A DNA stretch of 63,920 nt, counting the filler, from Reticulomyxa filosa (Eukaryota; Protista; Foraminifera), in the NCBI GenBank assembly GCA_000512085.1. It is 19 parts of 19 records of this genome, joined end to end, with 100 filler letters (N's around TTAATTAATTAA, not from the genome) between each part and the next. Parts side by side here need not be neighbours in the genome. Positions count along the whole stretch, not along the records: positions 35,245 to 40,793 come from ASPP01019773.1; positions 40,894 to 46,498 come from ASPP01009585.1; positions 46,599 to 55,638 come from ASPP01027773.1; 16 more parts are not named here. One strand, given 5' to 3'. A program made the translations under genes and the position numbers. The first letter of the stretch is position 1. Each line of letters starts with the position of its first letter. The notes under the pieces were generated by a model that saw only the letters and a program-made list of their open reading frames with translations, did not search any database and had not been told where the DNA came from. Shown one piece after another: positions 38,940 through 52,620 of this stretch.

Positions 38940-40725
38940 TTACAATTTGGACTCATGGTTGTTTCGAAGCGACGGCAGCACATATTTTTGTTCCGTCAAT
39001 ATTTTCCGCACGGTTTTCTTGTCCATTTTGCCAGTAGAGCCCAGAGGGATTTCATCCCAAATAAGCAAATCATCAGGGAGTTGAAATTTGGCATAGCTTT
39101 TGCTCAACCATTCGATAACTTCATTATACTCCAATTTGTGTTTAGGCTTTAATTGTGCAACGACAATTGGGCGTTCGTCCCACTTTGGATGAGGCACCCC
39201 AATTACGCAAGCCTTGTCAACAGCTGACATGCTCATTACTAGATTTTCCATGTCTTTGCTGCTGATCCACTCTCCGCCCGACTTGATCATATCTTTGCTA
39301 CGGTCTCTAATCACCAACTGTGCCCGTGACGTGAAGGACGCCACATCTCCAGTGATCAACCAATCATCCACAAATTTTTCTGTGGCGTCCATGTCAAAGT
39401 ACTCTTTCGTCACCCAAGGACCACTTGTATAACATAAAAAAAACAAAAAACCCAATTGCTACAATTTTTTTCTTAATTTTTTTTTTTATTTTTAAACACG
39501 AGTTTTTATTATCAATCCTGAATAACTGTTGTATCCACACCTGATGAGTAGTTCTCCACGGGCAATTCCATCCCATGGCACTTCGGTAGTCATGTCATCA
39601 CTGTTAAGGATTTTTGCACTTAGAGAAGGCAACAGCAATCCCGCTTTGTCTTGGTTTTCATTCTCGCCGTCGCTGGTGAGATCATCTCGACGGGCATATC
39701 TGCGACCGACCGTCCCTAACGGATTGACTTCGGTCATGCCCCAGCCTTGAATCAACTCGATGCCCCATGTGTCATGAAACCATTGAATCATTTCTTTGGG
39801 TGGTGCACTTTATTTATTTATTTATTTTTGATAGTATGTACTTACACAGATATTGCTCAAACACAAGGTTTTTTACTAGCTTTTTTTTTTTTTTTTTTTT
39901 GGAACAAACCTTCCACCGCAACAAATGCGGTTTAGAGAGCCTTTCAGCGCTTTATATTTCAACGGAGATGTATGCAGTTCTTGTCGTATGCCTTGCATTA
40001 CCGAGGGTACGCCCAAGATAATGGTAGCTTTTTCATCCACACACATCTGCAGTATTTCCTCTGGAGTTCGGCAGTCATTATACAGTAGCACTTTACAACC
40101 CAACGTAAACGCTGCAAATGGTGTTCCCCAGGCGCACACATGGAACCTGAACATGTTTATTGTTTTTGTTTGTTGCTGTTGTTATTGTTGTTTGTTTTGG
40201 TGTTGTTGTTTTTTTTTTTTTTTCTTCTCCTCATTTGCGGTTTTCCGGTTTATTTTAGCGAATTTGTGCAAAGGTAGAAAAAGACGCTCTTTTTTTTTTT
40301 TTTTTTTTTTTTTTTCTCACAACACTTATGTAATGAACACATGGAAAGCAAAATAAAATCTAAACATTGGAACATTGGCAGCAAACTGTCCGTTCCCGAC
40401 AAGTTCCACACATCTGTGCCCAACGCAGTTAAGGTATGCAAATAAGTCGACCGATGCGAATACATCACTCCTTTGGGTGAGCCCGTCGTGCCTTTACATT
40501 ACATAATGCAATTTTTTGTATCGTTTTATATAATGCGCACATGTGTGTATACTTACATATGTAACGACATAAGCAACATGTGTGCAAGAAGACTTAACCA
40601 CTGGTATAACACAACGCACATCCGCTCCTTTCATCAATATCTGGCCATTCGAAAACATCTTTGCCCAATGACTCAAGCTTTTCAAAGTCGATTGCATTTG
40701 GCAATTTCGTCTTCCAATTTCCAGT
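38940..40725 (-). CDS. AMP-forming acyl-CoA ligase of the bacterial AlkK/DmdB type, with spliceosomal introns and C-terminal PTS1 (SKL), 5' partial
   Basis: Spliced translation: WPDIDERSGCALCYTS|GTTGSPKGVMYSHRSTYLH, PM|FHVCAWG, CGG|SAPP, QGWGMTEVNPLGT, WLITGDVA, DRSKDMIKSGGEWISS, HPKWDERP, ending HESKL*. Confidence 0.92.
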
Positions 40726-41140
40726 CTTTTTTTTTTTTTTTTAAAAAAAAATGTTGTTATTGTTATTTTTACCCCTTTTTTTTTTTTTTTTTTNNNNNNN
40801 NNNNNNNNNNNNNNNNNNNNNNNNNNNNNNNNNNNNNTTAATTAATTAANNNNNNNNNNNNNNNNNNNNNNNNNNNNNNNNNNNNNNNNNNNNCAGAACA
40901 ACAATTTGTTGATGATGGCCAGTACGACTGGACTCTCAAAGCAATCAAAGAAGTTGCGTCTTCATTTTTTTTTTTTTTTTTGAAAAACAAAAAACACTTG
41001 CATTCCTCTCTCCCTCCCCCCCCCCCCCTTGTCAAAATTTAAAAATATACTTATATGTTATATTTATATAAACATATAATATAAAATAAAAGTGTTACGT
41101 TCAAGTCGAAACCTCTGGCTATCATCCGATCCATTGGCAA

Positions 41141-41722
41141 ATGGAACAGCCACAAATGCAGCCAATGGCATTCGGCAACAATGTTGTATATTCTTTGCAC
41201 AATCCACTGAAGCCTACGTTAATCTATCCCCAAACAATCAGTAGAGCCGGCGTTGGTTTACCCACGCCAGTTGCAATGGGTTATTCCGGTACGGGTTTGG
41301 AGAGACATACTCCAACGGGGACAGTAGGAATTGTGGTCCAACCACAAGTGACGTTTTCAAATATGGCAAATCCTTTTGATGTAACCAGAATTGACACTTC
41401 ACAACCCACACCCTTTCGAACCCAGAATGGCAATACGTTTATCCCTGTCCAAATACGACATATGCCGCAGGTAAAGCACGGCCATTTCTACGAAGATGGT
41501 GCAGTACACGCGACACAACAACCAATGCACACCATAAGAGAGCGTCATCATGGTGAACATGCCAAGCCCTTCAATAAACCTTCCAAAAAACGTCACGCTG
41601 AAAAAACGGATGCTGTTCCAAAAATCATTCAACAAAATCATTTCCATGTGAAAAAATATGCCCCTGTCGGTAGTGCAACGCACTCGGAAGACAAGCAACA
41701 TGAACATGGATTCTTAGTGTGA
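41141..41722 (+). CDS. Hypothetical protein, probably the terminal exon of a gene entering from the spacer
   Basis: 193-aa Pro/Gln/His-rich ORF with coding-like composition. Confidence 0.5.
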   Translation: MEQPQMQPMAFGNNVVYSLHNPLKPTLIYPQTISRAGVGLPTPVAMGYSGTGLERHTPTGTVGIVVQPQVTFSNMANPFDVTRIDTSQPTPFRTQNGNTFIPVQIRHMPQVKHGHFYEDGAVHATQQPMHTIRERHHGEHAKPFNKPSKKRHAEKTDAVPKIIQQNHFHVKKYAPVGSATHSEDKQHEHGFLV

Positions 41723-42837
41723 AAAGGAAAAACAGATTTCCTGAACAATCAAACAAATTTTTTTTTTCCTCTTGTTTTGTTTGATCTAATTTTTTCTTTT
41801 GTTTTTTTTTTTGTTTTTTAAAGCAATGCATTATCCCAAAGAATTATTGTTTTTTTTTCGGGAGGAAGGAGCAAAAATAGAGTATGGCTATTTTTTGATA
41901 GCACAAAAAAACAGTTTGGGTGATGATTCTAGCCAATGTCATTTGTTTGGTGTTATTCGCCATTATCTTCTCCTTAACTTTAGGAGGCGAATATTTTTTC
42001 TTTTAATTGTGATATTTTTTTATTGGTTTCTTTTTCCTCTCTTCATTTTTGAGATGAGTTGCTGGTTCATTTTTTGTTGTTGCTGAAGAGCGAAGAGATC
42101 TGAGAAGGAGAGGGAAGAGAAAAATTGCGGTGTTGTGCATTATTTGTGAGGTTTCGTTTTGTTTATTATTATTTTGTTGAAATGATTTGGTTCAAAGTTA
42201 TCGAAATTATCAATGGAATAACCAAAAAAAAAGGTGACATTGTTATCTTGGTGAGACTGTTGGTTTCATTTTTTTTCTTTTTTGGTTTTTTCAGGAGTGT
42301 TTGAGTGATTGCTTGCATTTTTAAACGATATATTTTCAGTGCATACCCATTTGCGTTTGTCTATGTGTATGTTTTTTCTTTAATTTTTTTGTTTGTTTAT
42401 TTGTATTTTTTTTTCCCTTCTGATAATGATTTTGAATGACACAGTGTTTGTGCCGCTTTTCTTTTTCTTGTTTGTCATCCTTGTCATTTTTGTAAAAACA
42501 CTAAAGAATGAAAGGATACTACTTAAATTAAAAGCAGATTGACTCGATTTCGCGTGAAGGCTTTGTTCAACGAATTATTAAGACATTAGTTGTCTTGCAT
42601 TTCAAACCCAAAGATTAACAACAGAACTTTTTTCAGTTTGACAAATTTTGCTTTCTCAACATGTCCAGTATGTATTGAATAACCAAAGTAGCTTTAAAAT
42701 ATAATTTACAAACTTTTTTTCATACTTCAATAAGTGGGAATAGGTTGTTTGTCACTCAGCAAAAAAGGTGGACACCCACAAACAACAAAAGTCCGATATG
42801 CTATCCATTATTTTTTGGAAAAGAAAAAAAAGCATGT

Positions 42838-43907
42838 TTAGTTAGTAGTATTGTGATAGTTGTTAGTGACGTTGTATGCATTGACAGAAAAATCTTGAAA
42901 AGCCCAAGGCATAACATATTTCATATTACCAGGTGTGGTTTGATAGCTTGTAGCATAAATAGTATAATTGACATTATCATTGCTCTGACAGTCAGTATTT
43001 GTCGGGTAAAACCATGTGTTATTCAAGCCTATCCAATTCACATAAATAAATATAAATGGAAGAAGTCAGACATTTAAATATGGCAAAAAGAGAAATAAAA
43101 TGCAAAATCTTAAATTTAAAACATACCATTAGGACAAGAATTGGCATCACAAAATGACCACACTCCATTTTCCCATACTTCATACCAGCTGTGGTTATCA
43201 TCCAAGGCACTAGCAACTTGAGGATTTATTTTTGAATTAGTGGTTTGGCCATTAAGGCATGTAGTGTTCCAGATCGTTCCTGCAACACGAGAAGGTACTC
43301 CCAAAGCCCTCAATGCAGCAACTAAAGCGATACCGTGTCCCGTGCAAGATGCATATCCATACGTAGTTACTTCAAATGGTGACATTACCCAAGGAGTTTC
43401 ATCCGATTGCCATACAACGTTCAACATTGTCCACATGTTATTGGCCATGTAAACAGACAGCTTTAGTTTTTATATGTAAGTTTGCACTAACTATCTTAAA
43501 TGTGACATACGTTTGTATCTGACAATTTTTTTTTTGCTTACGTTGTTTGTGCTGTCAAATTGATCGGCCAATGTTGCAAACTTTAAGTAAAAATATTTCC
43601 TCCAATTGTCCCGTGCTTCATTCATTACCATATAGGGCAAAACGTTGTTTTGAAAAATATCCCATGGGACTGATGCCGCATAGGAAAATCGACTTCGTGC
43701 AAGCAGTGCATATGTTATCGTTTCATTGAGTAACAGGTCTGTTATAACATTCTGATCTCTTTGCGGCATGTACTTCACTAAAAAGTTGTAACAATCTTGG
43801 TAAGGGTCCGCTGGGTCACCAAGGCCAACTGGCACATTGGGATCACGCTTCAAGGATGTAGTCTGAGTAACGACCAATAAAAAAATAGAGAGAAAAGAGT
43901 AAAACAT
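42838..43907 (-). CDS. Secreted transglutaminase-like cysteine protein, 3 exons
   Basis: Signal peptide MFYSFLSIFLLVVTQTTS; FLVKYMP..ALLAR..VPWDIFQNNVLPY..NEARDNWR; catalytic GYASCTG..LVAALRALGVPSRVAG and DDNHSWYEVW..W.F; C-terminal MPW..AYNVT..Y. Confidence 0.85.
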
Positions 43908-44383
43908 TGAGATATGCTCCAATACCTCCCGTATAGTTTCAAAAAAATCTCGTTGTAAAGTTTTCCACAAGAGTTTTTTGTTGGTAGAAAGTGTCAAACG
44001 GTTTTCGCTTAAGTAAGATAGTCAATTGACACGTTAGCAGAAAACGAAAATGCTTTATGCAAATGCTATCGCAACTCCTTGAGGACCGTGTATAACAATC
44101 TATTTAAAACGATAAAAATCAAGAAGAAGGAAAAGAAAAAAAAAAAGAAAAACAAAAAACTTGAAAGAGACAAACCTTTTCGCAAAGGCAATTCATTCAC
44201 AAAATGCTAACTCAAAAACAAAAATAAATAAACCAAAAAAAAAAGATAAGCGGACAGATACACCAAATGTTCAGCTATCAAGACAATTAAGAATGAAGAA
44301 GGAACTGATGGATAGGGAAAAAGGGAGATGAGGGAAGGGAAAGGACAATATATTCATTAAAAAAAGTTAAAACTTTCTAGTGA

Positions 44384-46498
44384 TTAAAGAACAAAAACGA
44401 AGACAGAAAAACAAAAACAAAAAATAAAAAAAAAAAAAAAGAAAAAGAGAATAATATCAAAAAAATCACATGTACAAGCATGTGAATGAATTTTACAGCT
44501 TCCTTTTCCGTCGAGGCGCTTTGGTTTCATACATGATGGCAGTGAAACAAGGTTCTTGCTCAGAGCCACTTTCACTCCAAAGAGTGGAATCTGTGAACGT
44601 GCGCTTATGTTCCTATTGTGTTTAGAACATTGCAAAAAGCCTCTCACATGAGTGAAGAAAAAAGGAGAAAAGACCAAGAAAATGACAAAGCAATAGATGA
44701 ACAAAACCGGTGGTGCGACGGTATTATCAGGAGCGGTGGACATGGATGGGTCCATAGCGGAGGTCCTTGTGGTCAATTGTGCCAACGCGTTACGACGACA
44801 AGGGTCATTTGGGGAGGCGAGAACGGGACACTTTTCTTCGACAAGATAGCTTTCGTGTTCATTCGGAGTAATGTGATTGGACACAGACAAATGTCCCGGA
44901 TTGCTGCATCGTCGTATCTCATTGACTCTGCGACGGGGACTCGATTCCATCACGCTTTGCTGTGGCGATTTCGTATTGCGTTGGGATGTGTGGCCAATGC
45001 GATGGAGCAAACGGTGGTCCAAATACGGATTGTCGAAACGGCCAGAGGCTATTGCCGGAGAAGTCGTAAGACAAGGACGTTGAACAAGTGAATACTGTTC
45101 ATCCATTTGTAAGGCATGATTATAGCATGTTGCTACTTGTTGTCGCTGTTGTTGCTTGCAAGTTGGACTTGTGACCTCCAATGTCCTTTCATTGCTTTTC
45201 GTAGTGCTATGAAGCAATGGTGGTGATCTCAATACATTGTCTTGGGGATTGTAGTGAGTTAAAGCAAATGGGTACAAAGAAGAGGAGGGAGGGTGACACA
45301 AGGCAGGATTACTGTTGTTGATAATATCACTTTGATGCTCTGGAGACAATGGCAACAGTTGATCTTGTAAGTGCGGCCGATGGTGACTGTCTTTCTTCAC
45401 AGTATGTGCCGTCACGCCGTTTGGACGCTCTCCTCCACAGACGCTTCTTCTGCAAGACATTGCCTCCAATTCATCCCACAGCGGATATCTGCCATTGCCC
45501 GGCTTCTCACACACGATATTCGTTCCGTCCGTCCGTCTCCCTTCCAATCGTCGCGGTGAAACCATCTTCGCCGTGCTGTGCTCGCACACATATCGGGGAG
45601 AATACAGACACGAAGTGATCTCACCTGGACTGGCTCTTCGATCAGGGCTCCAACGTGAAGCCATTGACATTTTCTCATTGTCATTGTTCGATTTGGTCTT
45701 GTCTTTGTTATAAATTGCATGTCTCGGAGATGATATCATCTTAGAGCCATATGCAATGGCACGCATTGGTTCGCACTTGCTTTCTGGTATCCAATGGCTC
45801 TTTTTATTGATTTTTTTTTTTTTCAGTTAATATATCACATATATATATATATATATATAAACTCTTGAAAAAGCACTTGGTGATGGCAACGACTGCCTAT
45901 GAAAAAGTCTTGGACTGGTATCACGAAGTGCAATAGGCACACGCATTGGAGACAGTACCGGCCTTCCATGGGCGGCCCAGTAGTACGGCCCATAGAACAA
46001 GTGCGTCCCGACAGCGGAGCACGTATTGGCACTGGGCGATGGTTGGGAGGTAGCACAGGAGGGTGGCATTGGGACAGGAGTCAAATCCAATTGTGGCAAC
46101 AAGGGTGACGACGACGAAGGTCCATTGTTCCATCCCGGCTCTTTGTCATTGTCGTTGTCGTCGTCATCTTTCGCGTGTACTTTTCGGTGCGTTTTTTCAA
46201 CTGTCGCATAGCCTTTTGTCTTTTCTGTCGCGTGGAAGGCATGCGCTCCGTTGTTCGAACTATTCGCAAAGTCCGAATCTATTCGCATGGATTTGACTGT
46301 GGGATTGCTTTCCATCATCGATGATTTTGCCTTTACCATTGTCATGTTCATTCCATCAAAGCTTTTATTTTCTTCTTCTTCTTCTTCTTCCTCTTCCTCT
46401 TCCTCTTCGTCTTCATTGTCATCAGCTACATTTGTGTTGGACATCAAACAGCGAGAATTGTAAAAAGTACTCTCATCACTTTGACTATGACTATGACT
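44384..46498 (-). CDS. Hypothetical low-complexity Ser/Pro-rich protein, multi-exon, partial
   Basis: ORFs of 206 aa and 460 aa separated by a TA-microsatellite intron. No domain recognised. Confidence 0.6.
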
Positions 46499-46598
46499 NN
46501 NNNNNNNNNNNNNNNNNNNNNNNNNNNNNNNNNNNNNNNNNNTTAATTAATTAANNNNNNNNNNNNNNNNNNNNNNNNNNNNNNNNNNNNNNNNNNNN

Positions 46599-48821
46599 AA
46601 GTCGACCCAATGCAATGTGTGGATATCTAAATAATGTTGAATATCATTGGATTCCAATCACAAGATATTCAAAATTATATTAATGCTTATTTCAAAAGCA
46701 ACAATGAATCAAATGTATTGATGAAGAAATTAAACAATAATTGAAGTTTAAAATTATTGAGTCATACACCATTGTATTTGAGATTATTTTGTTATTTGTC
46801 AAGACAAGATAAATCAAATAATGATAAATGAGATGAAATGGCTCTTTCAAAATTGCATGAGATATTGTTGAAAAGTTATATGAAATGGAATTAGATGAAA
46901 TCAAATGGATTGAATAACAAATTAAATGATAACAAGATATTTAATGTGTTTGAAATGAAAATGGATTATTTATAGCAAATTGCATGGGAAGGATTAAAAT
47001 GTGGACAAAAGAACATGAACAAATATGTTCAATTTTGATGAATAAACAACTCCAAGATATTCAATGATGATTCCATTCATGTCTGGAATATTATATAATA
47101 ATATCATTTCCAATAAAGATCTATCAGGGTCAGGTTTATTGTATTTTTGGAAATTGTTGCATTCACCACCACCTCAAATTGTTCCGATTCACCAAGTGGT
47201 GTTGTTTATGCATTGTTTGGATGCTTGTAAAGCAGACACTACTTTGTGTGATATCAGTGAAATTGAATGGATAACAATTGGATGATGTTATCGAATTGTT
47301 CATGGATAGACTTGTTGACAAAAATCAAGGTATTCATTAAAGATATGCATCATCAATTGCAAAAATAGCATTGAAATTGAATGAGAAACAATTGAATAAA
47401 GTGTTTGAATGTTTGATGCCTTTGAGAGTGGAAAAATTACAATTTGTTATGGATGTGCATATGCATTTGCAACGATTTCATCACAATTGTGAGGAAAACA
47501 GTTGGATAATGCATGTGTACAATCACTTGTAACTCTTTCAAAGAAATGGAGTGATAAAAAATTGGATATTACTGTTCAATGTTTGATTGATGGATTTCAA
47601 AATATAAACGAATATGATCATGATATATTTAGATATTTACCTAAAGGAATTGCAATGAAATTGAATGAAACACAAATCGATTCTGTTTCACATGTTTGAT
47701 CAATGGATTCAAAGGTAGCAGTAAATGGAATCATAAATTGTATGCAAAATCTATTGGATATCTTTTAATGAAATTAAACAAAAAGCAATTGGATAATGTT
47801 TTCGAATGTTTGAATGGATCAAAATATGAAAATGAATGCATTCGTGAATTATGTGAAAAATCACTTGAAACAATTTCAATAAAATTGAATGATCAACAAT
47901 TGAATAGAGTTTACAATGCTTTCATTTATGGGTTAAAAGATAAATATATCTGGGGGCATAAATCATGTGCAAAACCACTTGATAAAATTGCAACAAAAGC
48001 GAGTGAGAAACAACTGGAAAAATTTTTCAACGCTTTGATGAGTGGATTGAAAGATGAAGATCATTATGTTCGTAAATCATGTACAGAATCACTTGGAGTA
48101 ATTTCAGAGAAATTGAGTGAGAGAAAACTGGAAGGAGTTTTAAATGCTTTGCCAAAGGAGCAGAAAAGGCATTACTTTGATTCATATGAAAAAGCACTTG
48201 AAGAAATTTCAACGAAATGGAATGAAAAAACAATCGGAGAAGGTTTTTAACGGTTTGATATCTGTTTCCAAATATTTGACGGATATAAACGATAAATCAT
48301 TGGCGGAATTACTTAAAAAAATATCAACGAAATTGAATGACAAACAATTTATTTATTGGTGACACATTTGTTGGAAAAAGCGAAAAAGGGATTTACATGG
48401 TATATTCAAGAAGCACTATTAAAAATATCTGGAACGTGCAACAATTTGTGGATTGAAAGAAAATATCCAAATGAAAAATGAAAATACACTGATGAACAAA
48501 GAGAATTCAAATAATCGTATTTTGAAAGCAACTAACAACATAGATTTTGAATTATTGACATTTGGTTTGATGACATTTATCCCTTGCATTCAATTGAATT
48601 GCAATGATAATAATAACATCAATTTCGATTATTTAAATGAGCTAATCAGATATTGTGATAAACAGGCCATTGAATGGAAAATTCCAACTCATCAATCAAA
48701 GTGGAGTAATAGTAATATTGACAAGGATATTGAATATCCTTGTTTGAATGATGAAATTGAAAAAGTTTCTAATGATGGGAATGCACACAAAGGATATTAC
48801 ACAACAAGGTGCATATATTGA
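46599..48821 (+). pseudogene. NACHT/HEAT-repeat pseudogene
   Basis: 46850-47070 is similar to 10990-11308 (NACHT remnant) and 47940-48490 is highly similar to 830-1634 (HEAT). Many stops and frameshifts. Confidence 0.85.
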
Positions 48822-49164
48822 TATCAAAGAGGGTGCTGTCAATTCTCTCATTTTAAGAACTCCTTTTGAAAATATTATGAAAGCATAAAAAGAATAAGAA
48901 TACCAAAAACTAAAAAAAAGTTTGATGTGCAAACAATATCCAAAAGGCAATAATATAGTGACTCTTCCGTGACAAATAACCTCAACGAGAAACAATATTA
49001 GTACGTCTACAATATCGGAAGTACCATCTCCACTTAGTCAAATACAACTTGGTGAATCTTTTTCAAGGAGACATTCTTCTCATAATCATATACCACATCT
49101 CGTCATTGTAATAATACATGCATTCTCAAAGATCACTCTATTTTGCCAAATATATGAACAGTCC

Positions 49165-49310
49165 TGCCAATTTTCTCCAGACGGTCATACAATTGTGTCA
49201 TGTTCTGCTGATGCAATAATCCGGATATGGGATGTGGCGTCAGGAAGAGAAATACAAAAGTTGGGAGGACATGCAAATGCAATAGAAAGCGTGCAATTCT
49301 CAAAAGATAC
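49165..49310 (+). pseudogene. Isolated WD40 repeat fragment
   Basis: QFSPDGHTIVSCSADAIIRIWDVASGREIQKLGGHANAIESVQFSKD. Confidence 0.75.
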
Positions 49311-51779
49311 AAAAATGACTTTTCAAAGCAAGTTTTTAATTTATTGCGTTGGAAGAAAATTTTTTTGACATTACAGTCTAAAATAATGTTATGAATGTAA
49401 AGATCAAAATTTTAAAACTACCGAAAAACTATTTCAATCTAATGTAAAAAATCAGTCAGCAACGGCGAAAAAAGCCAAAAAAACGAATCCATTGTGCAAG
49501 GTCAATTTCAAACCAATCATTATACTCTTTTAGTTTGCTATCATCAATATGCATTATATCCACAATTTTTCTAAAAAGTGACTCTTTGAGTGCCAACGAT
49601 CGTTCGGAGCTCGCCTTTGCCAAGCTATTGGCACAATTCGAGCGGGGCATGGTTGTGCTGTATCTTTTGTGTTTTCTCCAACGAGAGAAAAAAAAAATTC
49701 AAGTTTATCTGACTGATACCAAATGCTTTTGCGTACGTTACAGGAAACAAAAAAACAAGACAATACCAAAGTAATAAAGTACAGAAAATTTTATTTATTT
49801 ATTTTTTCTTTGAGTGAGATACTTATAATCGACAAACGCACGTCTGTCTGGGTTTGAAGATGAAGCAAAAAAAAATTTTTATTTGATAAAACACTCTTAT
49901 GTTCCTTCACTAATTTGTTGAGGTTGAGATTTTTCATTTTCTGCTGTACCAGCACTTACTTCTTGTTCCTTATTGCTTTCATTGGGAGCTACCTCTTTTT
50001 TCTTTTCTTTTTCTTTTTCCTTTTCTTTATCTTTATCCTTTTCTTTGTCTGGAAAAACATAAATATCGTCATATTCGCTCGGCTCGTCCCATTCTTTTGT
50101 GTTGGCTCGGCATTTTTTTAAAAAAATAGAGCAAAGAAAGACTTCGCTGCGAAAAGCAAGACGGATGCCTGACTTGTCTTGGAAAAAAAAAATACATTGA
50201 CTAGATCAAGATTGTAAGATTTGATATCTTTTTGTTGTTTGGATTTTTTTTGTCCGACAATTTGTTTTTGGTAATCATAACATAATTTTTAAGAATATTA
50301 CAATTTTGATCCTCACTGATCTTTAACTGCATCTTGCTTTTTGTAGTTGGTAGCTTAAAAATTAAAATACTAAGTTGATGAGGCAATTTACTATCAACAA
50401 TATTTGGTTGCAATTAGTCCAATTTTGTTTAATTTTCCTTTTAACTTTGAAAAGAGGTGGACTATTCTAAATTTCACTAGCACATTCATTCACAAAATCA
50501 CAGCTTTTTCAAAGAAAATAAAATTGAGCAATACTTTTGGTTCTGAAAGCGTTTTCTAAAACTGTTTTGTTTTTGTTTGACGTCTTTTCGCTTCAGAGTG
50601 CCCTGTAAGAGGGGGCAACGCAGAAGAAAAGACTGTTGGAGGACTCAGTTGTTTTAGCAGCAAAATGAAACCATCGTCAGTATATGAAACTACACTGGTG
50701 GTGCTGCAAGTGTTAAACGCATTTCACGTGATGCCGAGTGTAAGTAGTGTGGCCAGGGACAACTCAAGTGAAAACAGCCAAAAATATTCGAATAACCAAG
50801 ACGATATGGGTATATCGATAACATCATGGAATACGTTGGCCAACTACTATATCAGTCAAATGTGGACATCAAAAACGTGGAAGTGTTTGCAATGTCCACA
50901 TGGTCACAACAACGTAACAATAGTGTCTTTGGTACAAATTTTCGACAATGGGCAGCTGCAACTAAAAAACGAAAGTATACGTCTTCTCAGAAGCATACTT
51001 GTCATCAATTAAATACAGTCCAAGAAGAGTATATATGTCAAGATGCATGCAATGAATACTTTTCCATATACTTTCGGAATATCGTCGTTATCGTACGTAT
51101 TAATATCCAAAGCATTATCACACAGGTACATAAACAAGTTTACGTATAATAAGATATGGTAATTGGGATGATTAATTGTATAAATGATAAATTTGATTTT
51201 TTTTAAAAAATAAAAACATAGTGTATTGGCCAGCATTGAAGTAGAAACGAGTGTAGTGGTAATGATAAGTGCACCACAGTTGTATGGAGTATGCAAATGG
51301 TTTGGACAGCTGGTTTTAGATAAATTGTTTATTATCAGTTGCTCCAATACCACATTGACACTGAATTTGGCCACCAATAATATCCACAGTTGCAGCGAAT
51401 ACATGTTTCCAAAATCCATTCTTAATTTGTTATCGCCAACAAACACGAGCTCACCATGCGCCGACAAGTGGATGATGCAATCAACAATCGTCAAGTCACA
51501 TACGAGAGTAATAAGTTGCAAATGTTATTCTATAATACAATGTTATGTTCTTTTTTTTTTTACTACTTTTTTTTTAAAATAACAAAAAAAATTTGGACAG
51601 GCCGTACAATGTGGCGCAGCAAATGGAACATGGATGACGAAGACGACTTTGACACAAGATACAAATGAGTGAAATTCTGTCGTCATGTAACGCCCTGTGT
51701 TTTTTATTTATGTCACACTTGCAACTATATTTGTTTGTTGTTTACAATAGAACACTACCCTATGTTTGAAAAGAAGAAT

Positions 51780-52620
51780 ACGGTGTAGAACCACCCCGTC
51801 TCCGAAAGGAGAAATAAAGGTCTGTTTCATTTGTCTTTTTTGTATATAAATATATTTAAGTGCTATGTGTTATTTAACATAGGTTCCTCCGGCAGTCAAG
51901 ATCGTTTCAATTATCTGTTCCCCTCCACTTCACACACAAAAATAAAATAAGGGGTTGAAATCTGCCCCCGTATCCTCAATGAGGAATAATGGTTTGTAAT
52001 TTTGTATTTATGTATACATATAATCTTTATTTATTTAATGTTGTCTGTTTGTGTGATTAATAGGATTCCCCCGCAAAGAAAAAACATATATGTGTATATC
52101 ATTTATTTATTTGTCCAATACAAAAAAAATTTGAGTGTTTTTACAGTGGAAAAAAAAATAGAAATGGAATTCAGCTGATCTAAGTTTTGAATATATTTTA
52201 TTGTATTTGTTTAAAAGATATATAATGTAACTTTGTTTGTGAATGTGATATGGTCAGTCGCAATAAAGACGTAGCAGTGCTGGTATCTTGAAAGGTGTTG
52301 GAAAACAGGAGGGGAAAAAATAAGGGTGTGAATGGAAAAAAAAAAGCACAAGGGTGGAAAATAAATAAGGGTGGAAGAAAAAAATGAAGTAATAAAGGGG
52401 GTGGAAGAAAAAAAAATGAAGAAGAAAAAAAAGAAATGGAATAATAAATAAAAAAAAAGGTGAAGAAAAAAAAAATGTAATAATAAAAAAGAAAAAAAAA
52501 AGGTTATGGAAAAAGAAAAAAGTAAAAAAAGAAAAAGAAAAATGTTAGAAAAAAATATAAAAAAGTTAACAATGAAAAAGATAATAAAGAAAAAAGCAAT
52601 AAGAAAATGAAGTAAATTAT
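51780..52620 (+). repeat. Dispersed repeat copy, homologous to the reverse complement of 59760-60480
   Basis: ccccgtctccgaaaggagaaataaagg versus rc ccccgtctccgcaaggagaagaaaagg; aggggttgaa..cccc; ttgtctgtttgt..aatagg..cccc; then a long A/G-rich tract in both. Confidence 0.75.
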
